A program made the translations under genes and the position numbers. The notes beneath the pieces were generated by a model. It did not search any database and had not been told where the DNA came from. It worked only from the letters and a program-made list of their open reading frames with translations. From Bdellovibrionaceae bacterium UBA6502 (lineage in GTDB: Bacteria; Bdellovibrionota; Bdellovibrionia; Bdellovibrionales; UBA840), in assembly GCA_002436415.1 (NCBI GenBank), contig DJMA01000027.1, forward strand, positions 15,782-79,781: 64,000 nucleotides of DNA. The letters run 5' to 3'. Positions within the stretch are counted from its first letter, which is position 1. The number at the start of each line of letters is the position of its first letter. Below are positions 1 to 9,150 of the stretch, one piece after another.

Positions 1-320
1 ATTATAATTTATCAGGAAATATCCTAAAATTTTGGGTTAAACACCCTAGATATAAAATTCAAGTGAGTACAAAATTTAAGTCAGGACGTTTGGGGCCCAC
101 TCCTCGTGAAGAGCTTTATTATGAAGCCGGCGCTAAATTGACAAAGAGACTGGATTTCAGACTGTATTACCAAGAGGTTGCGGAAATTACAGATCTAGTA
201 TTTCACCAACAATTTAGTCCTAGAATGAGTATGACTTGGCAAAATCAGTGGCAGCAAAAAGAAAGGGTGGATGGAGAAGTGTTTCAAAACACTTATCTAG
301 GATTTTCTTATGTGTTTTAG
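1..320 (+). CDS. Partial CDS (5' end off-window), probable outer-membrane beta-barrel C-terminus
   Basis: The frame is open from position 3 (YNLSGNILKFWVKH...) to TAG at 320. It has amphipathic strand-like segments and ends ...NTYLGFSYVF with a terminal aromatic, like a BAM beta-signal. Confidence 0.5.
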   Translation, partial: YNLSGNILKFWVKHPRYKIQVSTKFKSGRLGPTPREELYYEAGAKLTKRLDFRLYYQEVAEITDLVFHQQFSPRMSMTWQNQWQQKERVDGEVFQNTYLGFSYVF

Positions 321-781
321 GTTCGCTCAATGCTGAACTCTCGAATTTCTGTCTTTCCTTCGAGGTTGGTCCACTGAAGCTCAATTTTGTTTAAACCATT
401 TCGTAGTTTTAGAAAATCTGTACTCAGTTTGTTACTTGGCAATTCAAAAACAATGGCTTGTGAGCCTGTACGATGGTTAATGATTTTGTGATCTAACTTA
501 GAGGCATTTAAGCAATCTTTGATTTCAAGGCGAATGTATTCTGCCTGTGTGTCTAATTTCTCTGAATTACAGTCCAATTGGTAAACGATCATCTCTTGAA
601 ACTTTTCGATACTGGTCTTTTCATTTTGTTTTGGTTGAATGGAAGCGATGCTTCTAGTTTCATAAGACTCAGAAAGCTTATAGGTGTTTGCAGGCTTCTG
701 CAAAGACCAAAAAACAGCTCCTAATAGGGCAATGTTCGTCAGTAAAATTTTTTGATTTAAATTTATCTTAAAGCTTTTCAT
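317..781 (-). CDS. Hypothetical membrane-anchored/exported protein
   Basis: 154-aa ORF with an N-terminal hydrophobic segment, an 'RSIAS' linker motif and a beta-rich C-terminus with two Cys. Confidence 0.7.
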   Translation of the reverse strand: MKSFKINLNQKILLTNIALLGAVFWSLQKPANTYKLSESYETRSIASIQPKQNEKTSIEKFQEMIVYQLDCNSEKLDTQAEYIRLEIKDCLNASKLDHKIINHRTGSQAIVFELPSNKLSTDFLKLRNGLNKIELQWTNLEGKTEIREFSIERT

Positions 782-821
782 CCCCAGACCTTGGTCTAGC
801 GATGACTAGACCTACATAATA

Positions 822-848
822 ATATCGGTCCAAGGTCGAGAAACTTTA
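822..848 (-). promoter_or_regulatory. Sigma-28 (FliA)-type promoter
   Basis: The minus strand reads TAAAGTTT-N11-ACCGATAT versus the consensus TAAAGTTT-N11-GCCGATAA, 40 nt upstream of the 317..781 start. Confidence 0.75.
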
Positions 849-862
849 GAAGATAGAAAAAG

Positions 863-888
863 AAAAGGAGCCTATAAAGGCTCCTTTT
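863..888 (-). terminator. Intrinsic terminator
   Basis: AAAAGGAGCC-TATAAA-GGCTCCTTTT hairpin with A/T tracts, just downstream of 915..1424. Confidence 0.8.
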
Positions 889-914
889 GTATCAGGAAAA
901 GCAAAAAATATGTT

Positions 915-1424
915 CTAGCGAGTGCTTTCGCGAACAAACTTACTAATGTAGTAACGAATTAAAAATTCTAGATTGATGGCTTGCTTCTTATAAGTCCAGC
1001 GAACTTCACCAAACGGTCCCCAAGTAGCGATTAGCTCATCGTCTTCTTTTGCGTATGTATCTGTAGTATTTTGAGCCGCTTCTGTACCAGGAACAATGCT
1101 TACCCCTTGGTGACGAGGGCGGATACATATTTTTCCAGGCTCATCTAGTTCAAAAATTAGCTTATATCCATTACGGAAAAGCATAAAATCGGCTTGAGTG
1201 TTTGAAATTCCATATATTTTAATGCCACCAACAGCGCCACCCTTTAATTCATTAAAAGTAGCAGCAGCGTCAACAAACTCTTCTTTCACTTGATTCATAA
1301 AGCGAACGCTTTGAATGATAAGCTCTTTATTAGGATCAAAGCCTGCAGAAAAATCCACCATACCTGATTCTTCGAGGTCTTGTTCAAATCGAACTAATTC
1401 TTTTAACCATCCTAACTCTGTCAT
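915..1424 (-). CDS. Hypothetical cytoplasmic protein
   Basis: Start refined to ATG 1424 after a GGAGG RBS. TTGACA-N17-TGTAAT lies upstream (1480-1452) and a terminator downstream. Confidence 0.75.
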   Translation of the reverse strand: MTELGWLKELVRFEQDLEESGMVDFSAGFDPNKELIIQSVRFMNQVKEEFVDAAATFNELKGGAVGGIKIYGISNTQADFMLFRNGYKLIFELDEPGKICIRPRHQGVSIVPGTEAAQNTTDTYAKEDDELIATWGPFGEVRWTYKKQAINLEFLIRYYISKFVRESTR

Positions 1425-1548
1425 TCTGCCTCCATGCAATTACCCTGTTCTATTACACACTTAGGGAAAATGCCTGTCAATAGGGCTAGTCGCAAGACCG
1501 TCCTTAAATCCAGTCCTATGTTGCGTTGCAGGGGAATCTGGGGCCGTT

Positions 1549-2370
1549 TTATTTGGGTTTTGAGTAGATTGGAAACAAATCAATGCAGAGACATTGTAGA
1601 CTTTCAGACTTGGATTCGGGAAGTTTTTTATAGAAATCATTAAGGCAGGAGCGTAGATTTTGTTTTAATTCTTCAAAATCACTAAGGGAACTAGTGCAAG
1701 GAACGGTAATTCTCATGCCATCAGAGGATTGATTGTTACTAAGATCTTGTAGTGACTTTAGTCGCCAATTCATATGGATATATTTTGCAAGGGGAGAGTC
1801 TTTGTCGAGGTGAATCCGTTTTGGTCCCACTTCTAAACCATTTTCAGTTCTTAGCACTAGGTTTTTTTCAATTAAAAAAGCTAGCTTGCTACGAACGCTG
1901 TCGGCTTCAAGCTCTAGTATGTTTGCAATTTGCTCGGCATTGTTTATCTCTTTAATATCACAAAGCAGTCGTATACCAGAATATACCCAATCAGAGTAAA
2001 ATCTCGTTTTGGTTTCTTCATCAAGAACATCATCTTGGGGGAGTCGATTTATGAGTTCCTTAGCTTCTTGTTTATTGATCTTCATTTCTTCGGCAAGATG
2101 ACTTTTATAGTTATGATTGCTAGCAAGTTGGTATTGGAGCATTAATTGAAAGTACTTAGTTTCGGCTGGAGTGAGCTCAAGGAGTTTTGCTAAAAAATAG
2201 GATTGTTCATTGTTTAGATTTCTGTCGCCCTGAAATATCTGGCTTATTTGGACATTGCTTAATTGCAGGTGACGAGCGAAGCGACTCCATTGTCCACGGC
2301 CACTTTTAGCTTGTTGTTTTACCCAATCCTTCACAAATTTCTTATAATCTGAGTAATCATAAATATCCAT
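1549..2370 (-). CDS. TIGR02147/DUF4423-family protein (putative HTH regulator)
   Basis: N-terminal 'MDIYDYSDYK' followed by an HTH-like segment (FARHLQLSNVQISQIFQGDRNL), central 'FYSDWVYSGIR', and C-terminal 'CIDLFP'; 273 aa. Confidence 0.85.
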   Translation of the reverse strand: MDIYDYSDYKKFVKDWVKQQAKSGRGQWSRFARHLQLSNVQISQIFQGDRNLNNEQSYFLAKLLELTPAETKYFQLMLQYQLASNHNYKSHLAEEMKINKQEAKELINRLPQDDVLDEETKTRFYSDWVYSGIRLLCDIKEINNAEQIANILELEADSVRSKLAFLIEKNLVLRTENGLEVGPKRIHLDKDSPLAKYIHMNWRLKSLQDLSNNQSSDGMRITVPCTSSLSDFEELKQNLRSCLNDFYKKLPESKSESLQCLCIDLFPIYSKPK

Positions 2371-2380
2371 ATTGTTAATA

Positions 2381-2407
2381 ATATCGGTTATTTATGGATA
2401 AACATTA
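2381..2407 (-). promoter_or_regulatory. Sigma-28-type promoter, near-leaderless
   Basis: The minus strand reads TAATGTTT-N11-ACCGATAT. The -10 element ends 10 nt before ATG 2370 and there is no RBS. Confidence 0.6.
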
Positions 2408-2507
2408 AAAAAACAGAAAAAAACTATTAAAAATTTAATTAATAATATCTTTTATAAAATGCCGCAAGGCGCTAAAACCACTGTGACTTCAATTCTAGGA
2501 GGTAAAG

Positions 2508-3305
2508 ATGAAATTGATAGTAGTTTTAATGAGTGTATTGCTTGCGGCCAGTGCCTGTAGCAAAGATGAAAAGAAAGAGTTTGTAGTGTCGGCAGCAGGA
2601 GCATCAGGCTCGTCAGGTTCAGCGGGGAGTGGTTCTGGATCAGGTGGAACTTCACAGGAAGCTTACTCGGAAGAAGCGGAGCTGGAAGATTACGAAGCTA
2701 AACAAGCGGCTACAGAACCTGGCTTAAGTTATCGAGAAAAAAACAATTTAAAATTTGCGCATCTTGAAACTTTTGATGGGCCCCAGCTTCGCAGTACTTT
2801 TGGACTTGAAATAGAGGGAGAAACAAAAACACTTAACTATCCCGACTTCGCAGGTAATTCCGCTCTGAATGCCTGTAGTTTAACGAAAAGAAGTGAAGAA
2901 GGAATAAACTCGTACTCGATGAGCTTTTCACTGGGGAAGGATTATAGTACCTCTCTATCAACTAAGCTGAGCAAAACCGACTACTTCTTGATTAAGGAGT
3001 TTGTATCTCAAGATGAGTTTTTAGCTGAGGACTTTTTAGAGATAACTGATTTATCTTATACGCTTAACTTACAAGAACTAGGTGCTTACTATTCTGTTGA
3101 GGCTGTGAGCTGTAATGCAAAAATTCGTCCTGTGGCCTTGGATTATTTCCACTACAACAATTATCAAGATCATTATTATTCTAAAGGCTTTGCCATAGAA
3201 TTTCAGTGTAAGGATATAGATAAACAGCTTAGTGATGGCGTTCAACTGATGTCAGCCAATGTTACTTACTACTGTAGTGTTGCCGAGACAGACTACACAT
3301 ATTAG
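2508..3305 (+). CDS. Hypothetical lipoprotein with Gly/Ser-rich tether
   Basis: AGGAGG RBS, lipobox-like ASAC, and a SAAGASGSSGSAGSGSGSGG linker. Confidence 0.8.
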   Translation: MKLIVVLMSVLLAASACSKDEKKEFVVSAAGASGSSGSAGSGSGSGGTSQEAYSEEAELEDYEAKQAATEPGLSYREKNNLKFAHLETFDGPQLRSTFGLEIEGETKTLNYPDFAGNSALNACSLTKRSEEGINSYSMSFSLGKDYSTSLSTKLSKTDYFLIKEFVSQDEFLAEDFLEITDLSYTLNLQELGAYYSVEAVSCNAKIRPVALDYFHYNNYQDHYYSKGFAIEFQCKDIDKQLSDGVQLMSANVTYYCSVAETDYTY

Positions 3306-3378
3306 GTGCCATTCTTTGGCAAAGCTGAAAAAAATTTAGAGGCAGAAGGCTTTTAAATACTTAGCGACTATTTGAGGG

Positions 3379-3395
3379 GGGAATGAAGTTTGCAA
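3379..3395 (+). promoter_or_regulatory. Possible sigma-54 promoter
   Basis: GGGAATGAAGTTTGCAA has GG-N10-GC spacing, with an IHF-like TTTTAAATACTTA at 3351-3363. Confidence 0.35.
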
Positions 3396-3417
3396 TTCAT
3401 AATACTAGAGGAAAAAC

Positions 3418-4641
3418 ATGCATTTATTAAAAATAAGTCTGATTTTGTTATTGAGTTTAAATCTGTATGCGGGTGCTGCGGATGGTGTTGGAACGGATGG
3501 GCCAGATACATATAGCTCTGAAGAGCTAATGGGTATTTTACCAAATGTGCTTGATAAATTTGTTGAGTTTATGATGGATGAAGCGAGTTTGAAACAACTT
3601 AGCTCTCGAAACTTATTTAAAAGTGACGAAGTTAAGGCTTTCAGTTTTGGAGGAGCATCTCCGGTAATTGATTCTGAAAGATATTTGCAAATTTGGGGTA
3701 GTGAATACTCTTGTTTATCGGCGATACTTGAAAGTAATGATTTTTCCAAAAGTAACCTGATCAGGTACTCAGAGCTCCCAGATTTTATTGAGTCTTATTT
3801 AAATGAAGATGATCGGTCTAAATGTGAAAACCAAATCTCTCGTCTATTGGAAGAAAACAATAAAAATCTGGAGGACATGTTTATCGATTCTTTTTTAGCC
3901 AAGCACGCTGAAATTGATAGAGATGAAGTGTGGAGTGCTTCAAAATTTTCTGTAGCCTTGAAAAGAGGTATTTTAAGTCATGCTAAAGCTTTAAATAGTA
4001 GAGCATCGGTTATAGTAGAGTATAAAAAGAATGGCTTTTGCCCTTCTCCACAGGGAGATGCTTTTTTAAGTGTAAGGCTTCAAGACACCAAATACCAGTA
4101 TGCTGGCAATGAAGGTGAAGTTAAAAAAGTGGTATTGTGTTATTCACTGGATCAGTTATCTAAGTTGCCGCAAAGAGATTTTGAGAAAGTAATTTTATCC
4201 CAATTTGCTCATGAGTTAACGCATCTCCACTATAGCTTAGATGAATCTTTAGCTGAAAGGGTAGAACGCCGTCTTTTAGAGAGGTGGGAAAAGTTTCAAA
4301 TAGTAAAGGCTAAATGGCTTGATGGTTTTTTTCCAGCTGTTTGTGAGAAGGTATTGGGAAAGTTTACTCCGAAGTTTGACTATTTTTATTATAAATCCTA
4401 TTCAGGGATTCATTCTTTCTACGATGATGAAAAACAATGTAAGCAAGATATCGGCTCTCGTAACCAAACCCGAGTTTGTTTAAAAAAGGATAGAGAAACA
4501 AACTTTTTGACGGGGGAAAATATAGAAGAAAAATATGTGCTTTACGACATTAGGACGAAAAAGCCGTTGGTAGATTTTGACAATCTTGAAAACTGTCGAG
4601 AAGTTTTATTTGAGGGAGGGCATGATGAAAATACATATTAA
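3418..4641 (+). CDS. Secreted protein with HExxH motif (possible zincin metallopeptidase)
   Basis: Signal peptide ending LYA, a Gly-rich mature N-terminus (GAADGVGTDG), AHELTH followed by an Glu-rich segment, and a GAGG RBS. Confidence 0.7.
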   Translation: MHLLKISLILLLSLNLYAGAADGVGTDGPDTYSSEELMGILPNVLDKFVEFMMDEASLKQLSSRNLFKSDEVKAFSFGGASPVIDSERYLQIWGSEYSCLSAILESNDFSKSNLIRYSELPDFIESYLNEDDRSKCENQISRLLEENNKNLEDMFIDSFLAKHAEIDRDEVWSASKFSVALKRGILSHAKALNSRASVIVEYKKNGFCPSPQGDAFLSVRLQDTKYQYAGNEGEVKKVVLCYSLDQLSKLPQRDFEKVILSQFAHELTHLHYSLDESLAERVERRLLERWEKFQIVKAKWLDGFFPAVCEKVLGKFTPKFDYFYYKSYSGIHSFYDDEKQCKQDIGSRNQTRVCLKKDRETNFLTGENIEEKYVLYDIRTKKPLVDFDNLENCREVLFEGGHDENTY

Positions 4642-5263
4642 GATTTTAATTATCCTTCATTTGTTCGCTTTTGATTTAATGGCTGCTCCAGAACAAATCA
4701 ATCTTCAATGTCGAGCTGTTTCTGTTTATGGAAATCTGGATATCGAGCTAGATGGACAAGAAACATTTGAGTTCCATGATAAAATTTCTAGAAACTACGG
4801 TCGAATTTTCGAGGTGGGTACGGGAATCACTCATACTGTAAATGAAATTGGAGATTTTCAGACTTCTTTTGGAATTACGGGGGAGCTTGATATAGTAGAG
4901 TCTAAAGAGATTCAAGGAAACTTGGCATTTAGGCTTGATATGGATTGGTATAACAAAGATCCAGAATTTAATTTTGTGAAGAAAGTGAATTTAAATTCTT
5001 TTGTTAAATCCAACTTCTATGATGATAGGAAGCTAACGCATTTCAAAGAACGTTTTTATCTAACAAATGAGGACTTTGCAGCTTTAGAAGGGTTTAGGTC
5101 TCAGTTACCTACTCTAAACTACTACCGAGAAAGCCATGTTGAAAAAGCATGGTATGACTTTAGCAAAGAAAACAAAAGCATTCGGGAACTTGTTGAACTA
5201 CCTTTGATTGGTTGGGATATCAAATGTGTGGCTGATTTAGTCGAAGCAGAAGGCTCTCTTTAG
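4622..5263 (+). CDS. Hypothetical secreted protein
   Basis: Start refined to ATG 4622 after GAGGGAGG, overlapping the upstream stop. It has a signal peptide and one Cys near each end. Confidence 0.7.
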   Translation: MMKIHIKILIILHLFAFDLMAAPEQINLQCRAVSVYGNLDIELDGQETFEFHDKISRNYGRIFEVGTGITHTVNEIGDFQTSFGITGELDIVESKEIQGNLAFRLDMDWYNKDPEFNFVKKVNLNSFVKSNFYDDRKLTHFKERFYLTNEDFAALEGFRSQLPTLNYYRESHVEKAWYDFSKENKSIRELVELPLIGWDIKCVADLVEAEGSL

Positions 5264-5269
5264 AGCCCT

Positions 5270-8095
5270 TTAAAACTGCGGAATATTCATAAAAAACGCA
5301 AAGCGTAGGTCACCTCCGGCCTCTTCATTGAGGCCTTTGTAGATTCCAAAGACGAAATCGATCGGTAAAAAATAGCCTACATTGGTTTCGTAGGTGATTT
5401 CTGAACCGACAGTTGCATACAGCCTTTCCCATTCATCACGAGCAAATTTACTACTTGTTTCGCGATAAAAGTTTCCATCCATTGCCATCAAGTCGGCGAC
5501 AAAGCCAGCGGTGATTCTTTTGCTGAAGACTGGAAAAGAACCCATGCTTTTGAAAAAGTACTTCATCGGCAGTAAATATTCAAAATTCATAGAAGCCATG
5601 GAGTAAGCTAAAAACTGAGAACGTGGGTAGCCTCGGTTTTCGTGGTATTGGTTAAATTGATGCCCACCAATGTTTCCCCCGGCGGTCACAAAAGCCGCAT
5701 AGATGTCAGTATCGTTGTTGGTACGCTGATCCCACTGAAAGCCGATGTTCCAAGAGTGAAATTGTGAAAATGTATTTGATGAAAAGTACTTTCCTTTCAA
5801 GTGAAAAACTTGAAAGCTATCGGTGGTTTTTGTGCGAAAATGTTGGCTGATCCCAATGGAGTATTGTTTTCCAGAATTGATTCCAACCTGTCTAGCTCTC
5901 GGAATTCTGGCGTCGTTATAAGCTAAGCTAAGATCAAAGGAAGGTCTAACTTGATCATCGGCATACTCTACTTCATTTCGATTCAAACCAATTTGGTAGC
6001 TCCAATTTTCCTTCCAGGAGTTGAGGCTTTGATTATAGTCTATAGAATAGATTTTAACATCGCTCACAGCTTGCGCAGACTCAAAATACAAATAGCTATT
6101 CGCCATGGTAAATAAAAGGCTACCTGTTAGGGAGTTGTTTTGATAAATCACTGTTGAATTGGCTTGGTCAGTTAAGGTGTTATAACCAGCGTTTAAGCTG
6201 TAGCTGTGAATATTCAAGGGGTCGCTGCCACCGGTGTTTATTTGAAAGTTTGTCCCTCCACCCGAGCTAAAGACCCAAGGATACCAATAATGTGGCCACA
6301 ATTTAGTGAAGCTAGAGTATTCTTCTTTCTCACTGATTTGTAGTTCCTCGGGCAGTTCAACAGCGCTTTGAGTATCGGCTGCAAAGAATGTTTCTTCTTC
6401 TTGCTTAATTCGGTTTCCTAAGGATTCTTGTTTGTATTCAACCAGTTTAAAACCCTCAGGGCTAAGTTGACTAATCAGGACCTTCTTTTCAGGAAGGATG
6501 GCAAAGTCTAAGATATGAGTGTTTGTATTGGCGATTCGGTTGTAGGTCTTTTCATTAGAGTCTAAAAGGTAGGCTGAAGTTTTTGATCCATGCCTAGCTA
6601 TAAAGGCTAATTTGCCATCAAATTTTGTTAGAAAGCGTACATCACTAAGAAAGCCTAATAGTAGCGTCTTTTCTTTCTTTTTAGCTTCGAGAATGTAGAT
6701 TTGTTGAGAGCCGGCTTTATCTTTTAGAAGAAAAGCAATTTTTTCGGAGCTTAAAAATACGGGAAAAGAGATTCTAAAACCAAAAGGAGCTTTGTAGAGT
6801 CGTTTCCATTCTTTGATTTCTTCTCCTGTATAACTTGCGATTTGAATACTCTCTTGGCCATTACTGCTTTGCACGGCGACTATTTTTGTTTGGCCGGGAC
6901 TAAGTTGTGGAAAGCTAAGGTTTTTATTTTTAGATATCGCTGTGATTTTTTTGGAGTCGAAATCATATTCAAACAAATCATAAAGGCTATAGTTTGCCTT
7001 GGCCGAATTGATTTTAGAGTAAACAATTGATTTTCGTTTGCGTAACCAATCAATTCCTAAGAAAGAAGCGCTGCTATCAATGCTTTGTTTGCTCTGAGAA
7101 TCAATAAGTTGCCAGGCACTTTCTGGTGACTTTCGTAGGTATACCCACTGCTTGAAATCATTGGAAAAAACAGGACTGATTTCTTGGGAATCATTTTTAA
7201 ATAAAGGTTCAGCTAGTTTCCAGTCGGTAGAGGGTGGAAACTTCTTTTGCAAATCTTCGTAGGCCTTTGCAAATACATTGGCTTCTAATTTTTCGTTGGA
7301 ATCGGCTAGGCTTCCACCATGGGTGTATGGAATTCTTCTGGCGTTGGTTTCGGTGAAACTCTCTCCCGCTTTATCTCCACGTTCTTTGTATAAACGTTGC
7401 CAAAACAAACTACCAAAAAAATAAGGGCGCATTCCAAAAGGGTAATCAGGGGTGTCCGTTTCATTTAATTCCACGGGTTTACTAAATTTTTTCCACATGT
7501 CTTGCCTGGACAAAATTTCAGCGTAGGAAATAAAAAGTGGAGATCTTAGTCTTCCCCCTGTGGATTCTTTGGTTTCTAAGGCAACAGCGATTCCTTCAGT
7601 ATGCCATCTTGGTAGCAGCATATTGGGGCTAGATAAACTTCCAAAGAGCTTTTGTCCCCAAGAAAAAATTCCGTTGGCAGGATAAAGATTTAGGATATGA
7701 ACGTATTCATGCAAAATGAGCTCATAATACCAATTATGATAATCCGTAATGGATGTGTCATAAGAGGGGAGTGTGGTATTTAAGCGAATAATGGGATAAG
7801 GAAAAATGCTAGCGGAGCCGTTGGCCAAACCGATTTGATCATTTAAAACGATAATGGTCTGTTCTGGGTAAGTAGAAAAATATTTTGTAAGTACTAGGTG
7901 TGATCTTTCAGCCTCTTTTAAAATCACTTGGCTAAGTCTCTCTTGCCTTGCGTTATAAATTACTTTGAAATGTTCCGAGCTTTTTGTGAACCACTCGATG
8001 GAGTTATCGGGTTTAGAATAGGAAATTGAGGAAAAAAGTATTTGAAATTTAAAAAACAGAATTAAAAAAATAAATTTTGCGATCTTACTAAGCAT
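5270..8095 (-). CDS. Outer-membrane protein: gluzincin-like domain + TolB/PD40-like propeller + C-terminal beta-barrel (Omp85-like architecture)
   Basis: Signal peptide; HEYVH ... WHTEGIA; propeller-type repeats (ISPVFSND, FPQLSPGQ, FPVFLSSE); barrel-like C-terminus with 'NRGYP' and terminal Phe. Confidence 0.65.
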   Translation of the reverse strand: MLSKIAKFIFLILFFKFQILFSSISYSKPDNSIEWFTKSSEHFKVIYNARQERLSQVILKEAERSHLVLTKYFSTYPEQTIIVLNDQIGLANGSASIFPYPIIRLNTTLPSYDTSITDYHNWYYELILHEYVHILNLYPANGIFSWGQKLFGSLSSPNMLLPRWHTEGIAVALETKESTGGRLRSPLFISYAEILSRQDMWKKFSKPVELNETDTPDYPFGMRPYFFGSLFWQRLYKERGDKAGESFTETNARRIPYTHGGSLADSNEKLEANVFAKAYEDLQKKFPPSTDWKLAEPLFKNDSQEISPVFSNDFKQWVYLRKSPESAWQLIDSQSKQSIDSSASFLGIDWLRKRKSIVYSKINSAKANYSLYDLFEYDFDSKKITAISKNKNLSFPQLSPGQTKIVAVQSSNGQESIQIASYTGEEIKEWKRLYKAPFGFRISFPVFLSSEKIAFLLKDKAGSQQIYILEAKKKEKTLLLGFLSDVRFLTKFDGKLAFIARHGSKTSAYLLDSNEKTYNRIANTNTHILDFAILPEKKVLISQLSPEGFKLVEYKQESLGNRIKQEEETFFAADTQSAVELPEELQISEKEEYSSFTKLWPHYWYPWVFSSGGGTNFQINTGGSDPLNIHSYSLNAGYNTLTDQANSTVIYQNNSLTGSLLFTMANSYLYFESAQAVSDVKIYSIDYNQSLNSWKENWSYQIGLNRNEVEYADDQVRPSFDLSLAYNDARIPRARQVGINSGKQYSIGISQHFRTKTTDSFQVFHLKGKYFSSNTFSQFHSWNIGFQWDQRTNNDTDIYAAFVTAGGNIGGHQFNQYHENRGYPRSQFLAYSMASMNFEYLLPMKYFFKSMGSFPVFSKRITAGFVADLMAMDGNFYRETSSKFARDEWERLYATVGSEITYETNVGYFLPIDFVFGIYKGLNEEAGGDLRFAFFMNIPQF

Positions 8096-8268
8096 AATTT
8101 CCTCGTGAATCCAAATTGAGAACTAACTTTAAGATGTCTTAGAGGCTTTTTTAACCAGATTCTTTTGCTTGCGTAAAATAAAGTCGTTTTTTCAAAGTAT
8201 TATTTTGATTTTAAATTCGACTTTCGATTAGACTCTAACTTAGACTACACAAGTTTTGATTAGTGTCA

Positions 8269-8296
8269 TTGACATATGGCTGGTAGTTTATAAAAT
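8269..8296 (+). promoter_or_regulatory. Sigma-70 promoter for pal operon
   Basis: TTGACA-N16-TAAAAT upstream of pal. Confidence 0.6.
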
Positions 8297-8338
8297 ATTG
8301 AATCTAGAAACCTTTTCTTTCTTTTGGGAGACATAAAA

Positions 8339-8830
8339 ATGTTGCAAAACTTATTTAAAACAGTGATCGCTCTTTTACTAGTTGCTGGTTGTGCTACTGA
8401 CGAAGTGAAAGACGCTGACGTGAACGCCAATGACTCAAACGTAGCAACTCAGGATCTTAACTTTGATTCTATGGGTAGTGACAGCGGAAATATCGCAGGT
8501 TTGACTACTGTTAACTTTGGCTACGATCAAGCAACGATCACAGCATCTGCACGTGCTGAGCTAAACCAAAATGCTGAGTGGATTAACAACAATCCAAACG
8601 TAACGGTTCAAATCGAAGGTCATTGTGATGCTCGTGGATCTATCGAGTACAACTTGGCTTTAGGTGAGAGACGTGCTCGCGCTGTTAAAGATTACTTAGT
8701 ATCTCAAGGTGTTGATGGATCTCGTTTAAGCATCATTTCTTATGGTAAAGAAAAGTTGTTAGACAGCAGTGATTCAGAATCCGCTCACATGAAAAACCGT
8801 CGCGCTAACTTCGTTCCTTTAGCGAAGTAG
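8339..8830 (+). CDS. pal: Peptidoglycan-associated lipoprotein Pal (OmpA family)
   Basis: Lipobox VAGC and the motifs IEGHCDARGSIEYNLALGERRA, SYGKE and NRR. Confidence 0.93.
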   Translation: MLQNLFKTVIALLLVAGCATDEVKDADVNANDSNVATQDLNFDSMGSDSGNIAGLTTVNFGYDQATITASARAELNQNAEWINNNPNVTVQIEGHCDARGSIEYNLALGERRARAVKDYLVSQGVDGSRLSIISYGKEKLLDSSDSESAHMKNRRANFVPLAK

Positions 8831-8847
8831 TATTGAGGTAAGGCTTT

Positions 8848-9150
8848 GTGAAAAGTCTTTTATTCGTAATATTCATTTTTATCGCAACTGCTTGCGAAAC
8901 CATTCCGCCGCCCTTAGAGAGTTATACTCTCGCAAGGACGGCGATTGTTTATGCGACAAAAGTTAAGGCCGCTCGCTATTCCCCAGGGAATTGGCATAAA
9001 GCTGAAAATTATTTTCGCCAAGCGGAACGCATGTTCAGAAACAAAGAATACGAAAAAGCTGATAAATTGTTTAAACTCGCCAGAGATCATGCGGAAAAAG
9101 CTGAGAACATTGCTCGTTTAAAAATTCAAGCAGAAACAGGAGGATACTAA
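8848..9150 (+). CDS. DUF4398-like helical lipoprotein
   Basis: Lipobox ATAC and an 'AARYSP..W.KA...A' helical pattern typical of OmpA/Pal-associated DUF4398. Confidence 0.65.
   Translation: MKSLLFVIFIFIATACETIPPPLESYTLARTAIVYATKVKAARYSPGNWHKAENYFRQAERMFRNKEYEKADKLFKLARDHAEKAENIARLKIQAETGGY

Noticed and set aside
2588-2655. GC-rich low-complexity stretch as a DNA repeat element
   Set aside because: It is explained by the Gly/Ser linker codons of the lipoprotein and is not an exact tandem repeat.
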